From Rhynchopus sp. YZ270_cl-10 (lineage: Eukaryota): 64,000 bases of DNA. Positions 37,752-49,945 of this stretch are shown one piece after another (within the stretch, counting starts at the first letter, position 1; every line of letters begins with the position of its first letter). The notes beneath the pieces were generated by a model. The model was not told the origin of the DNA. It ran no database searches and saw nothing but the letters and a program-made list of their open reading frames with translations. The translations under genes were made by a program, and so were the position numbers. The stretch is taken from assembly GCA_964035575.1 (NCBI GenBank), contig OZ037843.1:744001-808000 (forward strand), given 5' to 3'.

Positions 37752-37993
37752 TGTATTTATCAGAATGTAAACCGCGAAAAATGGATTGTAGGACTGCATG
37801 GTTGGGTGTCCGGTACAGCCGGTCATTATACTACAAAGGTACACTGTTCACGAGAGGGCTTTGTCTTTCAACTCTACTTTTTAAATAATATTATTACCAA
37901 GCATTTTGGCAAAAAGAGGAAATATAAATGGAGGTAGGTGCGTTTCCCTGCAAATTGTATTTTTTTCTTTTTTTTTTCCAAAAAGAAAGATGG

Positions 37994-38479
37994 TGGTGCT
38001 TCCCAGGGGGTGTGCATTTCACAAATTTTCACAAAATGTGACAAGTTTTCACAAATTTTCACCACACGAAAACTGCTACAAAATTGTGAAGGCTGGCGAA
38101 AAGTGGTGAAAAATTGTGAAAAAATGTGAAAAGTTGTGAATAGTTGTGAAAAGTTGTGAATTGATTTTTTTTTGTGAGTGCTTTTTTTTTGGGCGGGTGG
38201 TGACCCACCCATTGAGGGGCACGCTGGGATTCACAAGATAGAACGTGATGTGGTGTACCAGTGTACCTGTGTACTGTGTGGTGTGCGGAAATGACGAGAA
38301 CTTGTCCATTTCGGCAAATTGACCCCACCACTGGCCGGACGGATTCCGGAAATGCAAATGCCGGCGTTTAAAAGCTTCACCAACGAGAGAAAAAAGGGTA
38401 GTGAAAAGTTGTGAATAGTTGTGAAAAGTTGTGAATTGAATTGAAAATTTGTGAAATGCATACCCCCCGGGAAGCACCA
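37994..38479. mobile_element. Non-autonomous TIR element, TG..CA termini, 5-bp TSD
   Basis: TGGTGCTTCCC.GGGGG...TGCATTTCACAAATTTTC and its reverse complement. TSD GATGG. TTGTGAAA repeats. Confidence 0.8.
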
Positions 38480-39618
38480 GATGGGATCATTTTTGATCCC
38501 TATAACCTATGCTCTCAATTTATTGAATGCATAAGTGTTGAAATAATTTTCATGTATTTGTTTTCCCCAAAGCGATGGCATTGGATGGCGCGTACGACAT
38601 TTTGTCGAACTGAGTCATGATGGTTCTTTGGGTCCCCACTGTGCTCCCACGGTAACTATCGTGCAAAACTCTCATAGCGGGCCGTTTAGGCTGGAGGAAA
38701 AAAAAAAAGATCATTTTTTTTTATATTTTTAAAAGTTGTGTGCCTGTCGAGCGGTTGTGAACTACCTCCGTTCTGTTACGGTACAGATCCCCCTCACGTC
38801 TCACCTCTTTGCGTTGAGCTCGACTGAGATGTGTTTTGGCACGTTTCAACTTCTCTCTTTATATTACTCGTCACTATCAGAAACAAACAATCCACATAAA
38901 GTTTTTTTAAAAAAAGTTTGGGTACATTTAGTGCACCCTATTATACCATCTATTCAGTAGAATAGTTAGTGAAACAACTTCTTTATATTACTCACACAAC
39001 CTCATAAAAGTAACGAAAAAAAAAAAAAAAGCAATAAATTTTGCAGAGCGATAAACGAAAAAAAGAATTGGAAAGTGGATATTGCACAAAACTGTGGCTA
39101 ACACAAACCGAGGCAACTACACTACTCCAACAATTTATCAAAAAAAGTTGTTTTGTTTTTCCCCCCCCCTTTTTGTTCACTTTGTCATATCCTGATGTCT
39201 GATTCTATTTTGTACCTGGCAGAGTGCTCAGTGGGGGAGTTGCCACTCACACTGCATGAGAGCTTCGTGGGACATAGCTATTGCTATCAGGTTTGACGAA
39301 GGTGTATAGATGGGTTCACCTTCCAAGTTTTTTTTCTTCTTCAAATTTTTGTGTGAGGAGAAAACCAAAACGGAAATGAAGCTTGCGAAATGAGAGTGGA
39401 GGTTTTTTTTTTTTCGTAATGTTTTATTCTCCCCATTGCCACACACTTCGCAGAAAAAAAAAACTTTTTTTTTTTTTCGTTTGCGAGTTTGTTTTGCGTC
39501 TTCCGCTCAACCCAGAGTCGATGTACTCTGCCACACCTTGGGGGGATGTACCTTGTGTTCTCCCTCTACCACACTTCATCTCCCCCTCTACCAGCAAAAA
39601 CAAACAGCAAAAAAAATA

Positions 39619-39680
39619 GTGGAGCACACTCTAGGGTGGCTACACTAATACAACCAAGTTTTCAAAAAAACAAAAAAAAA
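39619..39680 (+). mobile_element. About 45-bp poly(A)-tailed retroposon 3' end
   Basis: GTGGAGCACACTCTAGGGTGGCTACACTAATACAACCAAGTTTTC followed by an A tail. Inverted copies at 34105-34147 and 35545-35590, and a longer one from 43688. Confidence 0.55.
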
Positions 39681-40966
39681 ACTAAACAAACTTTCAAATC
39701 CTCCGCCACATTTCATCTTTTTACCACAAGGGCGGTCTCAATACCGTATCCTACAAAGCAAAACCCCCCTTACAGGAAAAGCAGTACCGGGGGGAGTGTT
39801 CCACACCTCGCGAGAAATTTAGCCTTGGTCAAAAAGGGGGTTTTCATAATAGATGCTCTCAAGGGTCCAGGACAGGCTGTCGTCTGTACTTTCCGTAGTG
39901 CAAAATACTTTGGCTAACAACAAAAAACCCGGAAAAAATCCCTAATTTCCAAGCCCAATTTTTTTGCCACTATTTAGCGTCACGCTCGACCCCCCCCCTT
40001 TTTTTTTTTGCGATCGAGATGACTAAGAGAGAGAGAGAAGCTTGGGTTCATCTTATTAACTTTGTATTTTCTTTTGTCCTAGTGCTCCGTTCGTTAGACC
40101 ACTATTGAGCCTGTGTCCGTTTGGGGACTCAGTGTCCGATGTTGTCGGTATTTCATCTTCATTTCATCAGGTTCGTCTTATGTGTTCTGAAAGGTCGTGT
40201 TTCGATACGACCACCTGATGTGTCCTGAAATGGTGGAGTTTGGTGGGGGCTGTAAATATGCCAAACTGCACCAAATTTCGGGCAAAATCAGGTGGCAGAG
40301 AGAGAGAGAAAGAGGGAGGTCTAGAGAATATGATCTGTGGTGTGTGTGTGTGTGTGTAGGACGACCTTCAAAAAATGCAAAATTTTCCTGAAAATTTGTG
40401 TGTTTTTGTTGTGAGTTTCCGTGCCGTCTTTCCCCTTCCATCCTTGCCGAAGCAAGTGGAGAAAAGTGAATCTATTGAGATGTCGCAAAGAGGTTCAAGC
40501 CCTAATCATTTTATCAAACCATTGATCATGTAATCATTCTCCTAGACCTCCCAAGACGCAGCAAAGCTGCTTAGTTAGTTTAGCTAGCTACTAAAAGAGA
40601 GAGAGAGAGCGAGAGGTCTTCCTTATGGACAATATTCTTTTTTTTTTTTGTTCAGGGTACTCACACTTTTTCTTTTGTTTCTTGTCCTTGGGTTTCCCAA
40701 AAATCCGAGCGGGCGGGCGGGAAAAAAAAAGTGAAGCAAAAAAAAAAAGTGGAGGAGAAAAAAAAGTGAAGGGGAAAAAAAAACCTGTGCCGGTGGTGTG
40801 ACCTATACGGGGGTAGTGGTATACCTTAGAAGGACCTTAGAAGGACCTTTTTTACACCTTTTTTTTTGGGGGGTGCTAAAATTATTTAGTGTACATTTTT
40901 TTGGTGGTTTTTTGTGGCCAGAAATTTTCCCCAGAAATTTTTACCCACAAAAAATCAAAAAAATAT

Positions 40967-41494
40967 TTTCAACTTACCTTCCTTCACCCCCCTGTAAGGG
41001 CAACCGTAGGTGAAGTAAGGTATAGTATTGAAATCGATGTGGGGGGGGAGTAAAGGGTCAATTTTACAAAACCAGATTTTGAGGAAAATTTTAGCCGAAA
41101 ATGGGCCCCACGTATAAGCAACCGGGCTCATATTTCTCAAAATTTAAGTGGTCAAAAAATTGTCCAATTTTCGAGATTGACCCCACCACTGCACGGGCGG
41201 AGCCCAAAAATGCAAATAAGGACCCTTTTTCAACTTACCTTCCTTCACCCCCCCCCCTGTAAGGGCAACCGTAGGTGAAGTAAGGTATAGTATTGAAATC
41301 GATGTGGGGGGGGAGTAAAGGGTCAATTTTACAAAACCAGATTTTGAGGAAAATTTTAGCCGAAAATGGGCCCCACGTATAAGCAACCGGGCTCATATTT
41401 CTCAAAATTTAAGTGGTCAAAAAATTGTCCAATTTTCGAGATTGACCCCACCACTGCACGGGCGGAGCCCAAAAATGCAAATAAGGACCCTTTT
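40967..41494. repeat. Two-copy tandem duplication, about 261 bp
   Basis: CAACTTACCTTCCTTCACCCCCC at 40970 and 41231, with essentially identical following sequence. Confidence 0.92.
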
Positions 41495-42123
41495 TAATTT
41501 GTTCTCTTGAAATGTATAATTTCATGTTTTCGCGAAAAAAATGGCAACTGATCCCTACAAGGGTTGAAGGAAGGTGGTTGAAAATAACAATAACAACAAG
41601 AACAACTAATTGCTAAGAAAAAAGCGGGGTGTGCTGTGGAAAGCTCCGCAGTAGAAGAGCAGAATGCTGGGCGTGTTGTAGATTATTTCTACAGGATGGA
41701 GTTCCACAGCACACCCCGTTTTTTTTCCGATAGCAATTACTTGTTTTGATTTCGGTGAACCGGAGCCTGTGCGTGCTGTGATGGGGTCACTTTGCGCTCA
41801 GAAATGAGTATTTTTGACCTAAAATGCATGTGTCAGTTTTTACAGTCCATTTTCAAGTTTTGTGTGCAAAATATGGTCAGTACTTGACTTCTGAAGGAAA
41901 AGTACAAAATGAACGTGGGGCAGTTTGCGTAGACGCGAATTTTATACCCCACCATTTGACGGGCGGAGCTCGTAGAACCCAACGAAGAGTGAGAAAAAAG
42001 GATACGCCGAAACAATAAAAGTAGCGTACCGTGCGCCTGCGGCGCAAGCTGGTATCCCACCTTCCCATGACATAGTGTCACAGGCTACTGCCGTCTTGGA
42101 ACCCTCCATCGGCCCCTTGCCTT

Positions 42124-42802
42124 GGTACTGGGTACTGGGTACTGGGTACTGGGTACTGGGTACTGGGTACTGGGTACTGGGTACTGGGTACTGGGTACTG
42201 GGTACTGGGTACTGGGTACTGGGTACTGGGTACTGGGTACTGGGTACTGGGTACTGGGTACTGGGTACTGGGTACTGGGTACTGGGTACTGGGTACTGGG
42301 TACTGGGTACTGGGTACTGGGTACTGGGTACTGGGTACTGGGTACTGGGTACTGGGTACTGGGTACTGGGTACTGGGTACTGGGTACTGGGTACTGGGTA
42401 CTGGGTACTGGGTACTGGGTACTGGGTACTGGGTACTGGGTACTGGGTACTGGGTACTGGGTACTGGGTACTGGGTACTGGGTACTGGGTACTGGGTACT
42501 GGGTACTGGGTACTGGGTACTGGGTACTGGGTACTGGGTACTGGGTACTGGGTACTGGGTACTGGGTACTGGGTACTGGGTACTGGGTACTGGGTACTGG
42601 GTACTGGGTACTGGGTACTGGGTACTGGGTACTGGGTACTGGGTACTGGGTACTGGGTACTGGGTACTGGGTACTGGGTACTGGGTACTGGGTACTGGGT
42701 ACTGGGTACTGGGTACTGGGTACTGGGTACTGGGTACTGGGTACTGGGTACTGGGTACTGGGTACTGGGTACTGGGTACTGGGTACTGGGTACTGGGTAC
42801 TG
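42124..42802. repeat. (GGTACTG)n microsatellite, about 97 units
   Basis: Directly visible. It is the reverse complement of the 7-mer at 32823. Confidence 0.97.
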
Positions 42803-42949
42803 TGTACCCAGTTTTTTGCTCGAAAACAAGGCCACTCCACCACAGGGAAAGCTCGGGAAAAAGTCACGTTTTCCTTAAGGAAATGCCCTAAGGAAAACCA
42901 CCATACCTTAGAAGGACCTTTTTTACACCTTTTTTTTAGGAAAATCACA

Positions 42950-44812
42950 CCATGTGCGGTATTTTTCCGCCCAAGAGGGCGTTTTGTTGCATTTCCGAGC
43001 CAATCCCGGCTTGTGGTGGGGGATATTCGGAAAAATGGACAAAATTTCAGTTACTTAAATTTTCGCAAAATATGAACCCATACTCGTAAACAAGGGTCAT
43101 TTTCAGTCTAATTCTGGGAAATTCGGAAAATTCCGACCTCTGGAAGCAATTTTTTCCCCTGAAAAAAGTGGGTGTTCAGCCCCAAAACGTACCACGGGTG
43201 GCATTTCCGGAACCCGTCCGCGCTGTGGTGGCCAGGGTGGGGTCACTTTACCGAAATGGCCAAATTCTTGGTTTTGGTCAAAATCCATGTAGGGAAATCC
43301 CAAATCCAGATTTTCTCTCCTTGATCCTCGGCGTCTGAAAATACGGAAGTGCCTGAAAACACCGGCATTTGCATTTCCGGAATCCGTCCGTTGTGTGGTG
43401 GGGTCAATTTGCCAAAATGGGCAAGTTTTTGGTTTTGGTCAAAACCCGTCAGTGTAAGGTAAAGGGGAGCCGAGTGTTCGCCTGTAGAACTGGTAGAAAA
43501 CAGGCAGCGCCGCAGGCACACGTTACCAACTTTTTTTACTCGTGCCATTTTCTTTTGATTGCACGAGCCGATTGCTCTCCACTGTGGGGCTCAGATTGGA
43601 GTGTGCAGTTCTCTACCTTGTGGGGATGTTGCAGTAGTCAGCAACACAGCGCCGCAGGCGCACGGTACGCTACTTTTTTTCTTTTTTGAAAACTTGGTTG
43701 TATTAGTGTAGACACCCGAGGATGAACTCCACTACTTGCCCGGCTACAACGTGCCAAATGCTCTGGTCGCATGACCACGGGACATCTACAACCTCCAAAC
43801 CCCATTTTTCTCGGGGGTCACCATGTACTCCCCGAACCCTGTGAACATCCGGAGTTTTCTGGAAAAAATAATGGGGTGGGCATGGTCCCACCCCGGTCCA
43901 CCTTGGTGGAAACCCTGCACACTTTTTTTTTTTGCCCACTTTTTTTTTTTTTCCTCCCTGAAAAATCCGAGCGGGCGGGGACAAGAAACAATAGAAAAAG
44001 TGAGAGTACCCTCAGCGTGAAGAAAAAATCGTGGCTTCTACCACGACGACAGTAGTCTAAAATCAAACAGCTTTTTTTTTTCCAACACAATTTTTTTGTC
44101 ACAACTCATAACTTGCTTGCTAGAGGAGGTTCTTTGTGGTTCTGTTTTGATGTACAAAAAAAAAAGCCAATCGTAAGTCATGTCGTGGCTCGCGAGGAAT
44201 CAAGCAGCGTCAAGTCCAGGCTTCGCGCTAACTTTTGGAAAAAAATCTGAAAAATCGTGTTCCGGGCCCAAAAAAACGCACCTCAAATAGGGTTACGTCT
44301 GGGGGTGAAAAAACAGTGTTTTGTGGCATTTCCGAGCCAATCCCGCGCTGTGGTGGGGCATATTCGGGAAAATGGACAAAATTTTAGTGACTTAAATTTT
44401 CACAAAATATGAACCCGTACTCCTAAACAAGGGGCATTTTCAGTCTGAAAACCCAAATTCAGATGAAATTGTGGTGTTTTTGACTGGCTGTTGGCAACAG
44501 GTAGCGCCGCAGGCGCACGGTACCCAACTTCTTTCTTTTTTTTCTTTTCCCTTTTATCTGCTTTCTTTTGATTGCACGAGCCAATTGCTCTCCACGGTGG
44601 GGTCACATGTGTGTCCAAAAACACTCTAAAGTACCCTTACTATGAAATATGAGATTCCTCTGGTTTTAGTAAGGAAACCCTGGTCTCAAAAAGTGCGTAA
44701 ATTTCCTTTTTTTTTTTCCCGCCCAAGAGGTCGTTTTGTGGTATTTCCGAGCCAATCCCGGCTTGTGGTGGGGGATATACGGAAAAATGGGCAAAATTTC
44801 AGTGACTTAAAT
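42950..44812. repeat. Region with a repeated module of about 70-130 bp (GCATTTCCG...TGTGGTGGGG...AAAATGG.CAAAATTT)
   Basis: At least five copies here, with relatives at about 190-270 and, inverted, at 38300-38370 and 41160-41215. Confidence 0.7.
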
Positions 44813-45058
44813 TGGGGGGGGTCCGTCCGGCCGTTTTTGCTGTCCCAAACCACTTTTTTTTGTAAAAACCTGCGAAAAACCCGAAAAAACACCTCAAAAC
44901 ACCCCCAAACCCCCAAAAAATCACCCGAAACCACTAAAAACACACTTTTGAGCACTATTTCGCACTTTTTTCTGATTTTTTTGGTGTTTTTTTCCGCTTT
45001 TCCCGCTTTTTTCCATGGAATTATACCCCCTAATATGCCTATAGAATCCCTGTACTGC

Positions 45059-45433
45059 TCACTGAGACAGCATAGCGACCAGAGGCTCCTTATTCATCGT
45101 ACCGGTGTCTTCGTCGTGAAGGGGTGCACAATCTGCCGCAAATTCCTGCAACTCTGTCTTTGTGAAGAGATGAAGCACTTTAGTGTTGTACTTTTCAAGT
45201 TGCTACTTCTGGGTGCTTTGCATGGACCTGCCTTTGTGGTGCGCTTGGTGTATCCTGCGGCAAGTTCTTCCCTTGAGAGATACGGAACCCAACCTAGACT
45301 GTAGAGGATGTCTAGGTTTCAGCGACAGTGGGTCGGTGTTGTCGGGGTGCTGGCTCCTTCCGTGGTGGCTTGCAACTTGGTCAAGGACACCGACAATGGA
45401 TTCGCACGAATCATTGGTCATAGGAGGAGGCAA
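45059..45433 (-). pseudogene. Degraded coding fragment with SAP/HeH/Rho-N-like helical motif
   Basis: The frame of ORF 45203-45433 continues past a single TAG into QLEKYNTKVLHLFTKTELQEFAADCAPLHDEDTGTMNKEPLVAML. Confidence 0.4.
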
Positions 45434-46456
45434 GGAAGGCTTTACTGCACTTAGGCACAGGGTACGTTCTCATTTTCAGGGACCAAAAAGCCCCAGTAAG
45501 TGTTGCAAGTGCGATTTTCCACAGCTCGGGAGGTCTGTCAGGCAGTTCGGAGGGATTTAGACACTTCTGCGACTGCCTGAATACGCCTTTTAGGGTTTTT
45601 ATTTTGGGTGCGAAATACGTCAAAAGGATGGGGGGAAATACCGTTATTTTAAGCGTTGCAGACACAAAAACACCCTCAAAAACCCCCCAGGGACCCCAAA
45701 AAGCTGCAAAATCCACACATTTCCACCTCGGGACCTCATTGGAGGTGGACCGAGGTGGTTTTTTGGTGTTTTGAATGAATTGGTATTATTTTTTTTTGGT
45801 AAATAAGTGGTCTTCTGCTAGGCGTTGCATAGCCGTTGCTTAAGTGTTGCATAAGTGTTGCATGGCCTATAAAACCCTCCCAAGTGCCCAAAATGCTATT
45901 TTTCACCGTACATGGGGTCTGGGGGACATTTTCCTGGGTGTTTGGACACCATTCCGACTACCTTGGCACTTTTTTGGGGGTTTTCAGGTACAAAAAAAGT
46001 CAAAAAAGTGACTAAAAAAAGGGTACTTTTAAGCGTTTGGGGCACACACACCCACTGCAAAATGCATCTGGGGCCCACACAGGACCCCTAAAAGCTGTAA
46101 AAACTATATATTTCCACCCTGGGACCCCACCGGATGTGGACTGGGGTGTTTTTCGGGTGTTTAGAAGGATTTTTGTCTGATTGGAGAATTTTTTTGGTAA
46201 GTGTTGCATTTTGGCCCATGTTGATGACGATTTGATGACGCTATTTTTGGAGATTTTTCACAAAAAACCGATTTTTTTTAACCAGGAAAGTCTCTGTAGA
46301 GGTTGTCAGGTGGTTTAATGGGATATTTTCGTGATCCCCAGGGCGATTTGCGGCCAGGTACGACCTTTTTAGTGGGTTTCTTCACCTAAATTTCAAAAAA
46401 ATGGGTTTGGGACAGCAAATCCTTAAGGAATTCCTTCTACGTGGACCCCCCTAGGG

Positions 46457-46642
46457 CAGTGATGGCAGGATACGGTAGGATACGGTCGTATCCCAGGATT
46501 AGGGATACGGATACGGATACAGTATCGCACGTATCCTGTATCCTGTATCCCAAATCCTTACGTATCCCGTATCCGTATCCGTATCCGTATCCGCCGTATC
46601 CGTATCCGTATCTTCCCGTATCCTCGTATCCTGCCATCACTG
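46457..46642. mobile_element. hAT-type MITE, CAGTG termini, 8-bp TSD split by a later insertion
   Basis: TIR CAGTGATGGCAGGATACG. (GTATCC)n interior. TSD CCCTAGGG, whose right copy is interrupted by 46650-47468. Confidence 0.85.
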
Positions 46643-46649
46643 CCCTAGG

Positions 46650-47468
46650 CATACTGTGCGGGCGAGTAAAAAAAACTCGCCTACTCGCCAAAAACTCGCC
46701 TAAAACTCGCCTATTTTTGGGGGGCGAGTTTTGGCGAGTTTTTTTTTTAGGTAGGGATTTTACCTTGGGAAAAATGTACACACGAAAATATGAGGGAAAT
46801 TTGAGTTTTGAAGAGAAAATTTTTTTCGTTCCACTTGAACAAGACCTCTACAGTTTGCTTTGTAGGCTTCCACAACCAGTACCACCAGTCCAGCTGTAGC
46901 TTCCGCGGATCCATGAAGCTTGCACAGATGGGTGCGATGTAGTCGTGGGGAATACCGCCAAGGGGTGGCCTGCAGGGTTGCCATTTACCGGCATGGCGAG
47001 GACATTGTTGTATAGCGAGTGTAGCCCCGGCTCATGTCTTCGTCATCCTCCGGATTGTAGCACGTCTTGTCCCCCGGGATCTATGGCACGCCTGGATCTT
47101 CCCCTGGAGCAAATGTTTACATACATGCCTGTCAGACACTGCCGTGACATGGTTGCCGTTAGACGTACAAGTGACACATTTTCAATTTTTTTGTGTGTTT
47201 TCGAGTGGCATGTTGTCATCAGTCACCCCCGCCCTCCATTTTCACATCCTGGTGCACATTTTCACCCCCAAGGTGCGTATGTGCACCAGGATTTGCACCC
47301 AAATGTGGGCGAGTTTAGGCGAGTTTAGGCGAGTTTTTGGCGAGTTTAGGCGAGTTTTTGGCGAGTAATAGGCGAGTAATGGGCGAGTAGGGCGAGTTTT
47401 TGGCGAGTTTTTCCTGAAAATCAGGAAAACGAAAAACTCGCCTAAAAACGGCTCGCCTGCACAGTATG
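46650..47468. mobile_element. Non-autonomous element, CATAC termini, 6-bp TSD CCTAGG
   Basis: TIR CATACTGTGC(G/A)GGCGAG. GGCGAGTT repeats at both ends. The GC-rich interior has a degraded minus-strand frame containing ICASFMDPRK. Confidence 0.85.
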
Positions 47469-47844
47469 CCTAGGGGGGTAGGGGGTACGACTCCAGCCAT
47501 TTTTTGCGCACGGAAAATTCATTTGGCATTATCTGGTCATCTCCAAGGCAACTGCGGGTGAAAAACACCCTCAGAGTGGGTCACAGGGGGCCTGTGGGTC
47601 GAAAAACGACCCAGAAGCCACCCCAGAATACAAAAAAATGGAAAAAAATAGTGAAAAAACGGCTTTTTTCACGTTTTGGCCACTTTGGGCAAAATAGCGA
47701 TTTTTCGAGAAAAAAATCAAAAACCGGGATATTTTTTGACATCACAAAGCCTCCTTTGGCACAAATATACCCCAAAAGTGGCCTGTGAGTCCATTCCAAC
47801 CTGTTTTGGACATATTTGACACTTTTGGAAGTGTTTTTTTGGTG

Positions 47845-48294
47845 TTTTTAGGTCAAAAAAATGCCCAAGACGTCCCCAAGACATCCCCAAGACACTTTGC
47901 ACACCCCCTGTTACGGTCATATTTTTTTCGTTTTTTTGCCTGAAACCCCCAAAATACCCCTCCCGGACCCCACATAGTCCCGAATATCCATCACACACCC
48001 ACTCAGAGTGAGTAGAAGCACCCCAAAAAAAATATTTTTTAAAGCCCTAAAATTGTGCTTCAGTTTCGGCAGCATCCATGTTGAAGTTGAAGGGCTTTAA
48101 AAAATATTTTTTTTGGGGTGCTTCTACTCACTCTGAGTGGGTGTGTGATGGATATTCGGGACTATGTGGGGTCCGGGAGGGGTATTTTGGGGGTTTCAGG
48201 CAAAAAAACGAAAAAAATATGACCGTAACAGGGGGTGTGCAAAGTGTCTTGGGGATGTCTTGGGGACGTCTTGGGCATTTTTTTGACCTAAAAA
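47845..48294. repeat. Long inverted repeat: about 200-bp arms, 42-bp spacer
   Basis: 47845-48048 is the reverse complement of 48091-48294. Confidence 0.92.
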
Positions 48295-48404
48295 CCACGG
48301 GTTGCCTACGATCGTAGTACGATCTCTTACGATCGTAGCTCTTTTTTGATCGCACTACGATCGTACTACGATCAAAGTACGATCGTAGTACGATCGTACT
48401 TACG

Positions 48405-49559
48405 ATCGTGAAAGAGCAACCACAGCTCCACATGACAAACACAAAAGTGTCCAGTCACGTGGGGCATTCATGCACTGAGGAGATAATGATCCAACAATTT
48501 ACAAGAAAGATTACTTAACCTACTGCTGGAAATTGCCAGGTCGTAGTAACACACAAAGTGTGCCTCCGTTCGGGAAGACCGGATATTCTAGAGACCAAAA
48601 AGGCCTCAAGAATATCTTCCGGTAGTCAAGGTAGAACCGAGTGAACGGCCCAAGACCCCCGTGGAGAAGTTAAATGTTGTAATGCTATCAGGTAGAAACT
48701 GCGAACACTGTCTTACCCTCCTCAATGCATGGTGGTTGATGTCTTCCACAACAAATTTCCTGTACCCAGGTACCCAGGTTCCCAGACCCACGCAGTACCA
48801 CGTCGCAGTACTACGCAAAATTTACCACCAGACCCTGTCTTCGTGCACCTGAAGTACAACGCCGCAGACAGGCCAAACATGCGTTGGACTCAGAGGAATG
48901 CCCGCTGTGCAGGTATCATGAGAACCAACTCCCAGCAACAAGGGGCGCCTTTTGGCGGGCGTTGTTGAGGGTGTTTGGGGTGCAAAGTTTTCCACAATTT
49001 TGATGCGCGGGTACAGAAGTGTTGTCTTGTTCTTTCATCTCTAGGAATGTAAATGTCAATCGCGTTTAACTACCACGAGGGCTTGTTCAGTGAACCCACA
49101 AGGGGTCGAAGGGGGTTGGTTATCCCATATCTATCAAAGGTTGTGTCGACCAGGCTAAACCACTATGTTACGCTGTACGTTGTTAAATCCGAAGAAATAA
49201 CACTTTAGCAGCCGCAGGAAGTTTGCTAAAAAGAGTGCCTCACGCTACACAAACCACCACCCGCGATTGACTTAGATGTTATAACAAAGAGAATTCAGAA
49301 CAAAACAACACCCTGCCCCATACACACTAAATTGTCATGCTTCAAGAGCATGCCTGGGCCAAAATTACTGTTGACAAAAAAGGCAACAAGACCACCCACA
49401 AGGAGTGTGAAATGTGCACTGGTTTTCTGGGGGAACGCAATATTTTCTTGTGTCTAGTCCTCCGCAAGCAGAGGACAGACTTTCCGGAAGGTTTCCAAAG
49501 GTCGAATTTCTTGCACTAGCTATGCTCCCTGGGTTAAATGGCAATAGCAGTGACTGACA
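48405..49559. repeat. Dispersed repeat family X, copy 2
   Basis: Same sequence as 31146-32367 apart from short indels. Preceded by a CGATCGTA palindromic array (48296-48408). Confidence 0.9.
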
Positions 49560-49761
49560 AAATATTCCCACCCCCCAGGTCTTCGTCCACAAACCCAGAA
49601 TAGATTGATGTGGGTGAAGCCTTTCGGATTTTTGAGTTGTTGATAGAATGTCGAAGAGCGGCGAAACTTCTCATCGCAATCACGGATGCAGTTCAGATTT
49701 CACGATCCTGTGATGAGTGTAAATGTGGGGTGTGATTAAGTTATGGTGTATAAACGCAGTA

Positions 49762-49945
49762 CTGTAAAATCGTTTAATTTGTCACCTACAATTCTTCCGT
49801 CCCTAATACAGTATCACTCAAGGCTGTACTTTAAAAAGTAGACACAAAAAATCGCCCAACGTAATGTGAGGGGGTGACAAAATTCATTTATGACTGATAT
49901 TTCAACTCGGTTAATTAGAGTGTGACAAATTAAACGATTTTCCAG
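49762..49945. mobile_element. MITE with TA flanks (Tc1/mariner-pogo-like)
   Basis: TA|CTGTAAAATCGTTTAATTTGTCAC...GTGACAAATTAAACGATTTTCCAG|TA. Confidence 0.7.

Noticed and set aside
42124..42802. Telomeric repeat
   Set aside because: It is internal, is not TTAGGG, and belongs to a set of GTAC repeats with different periods.
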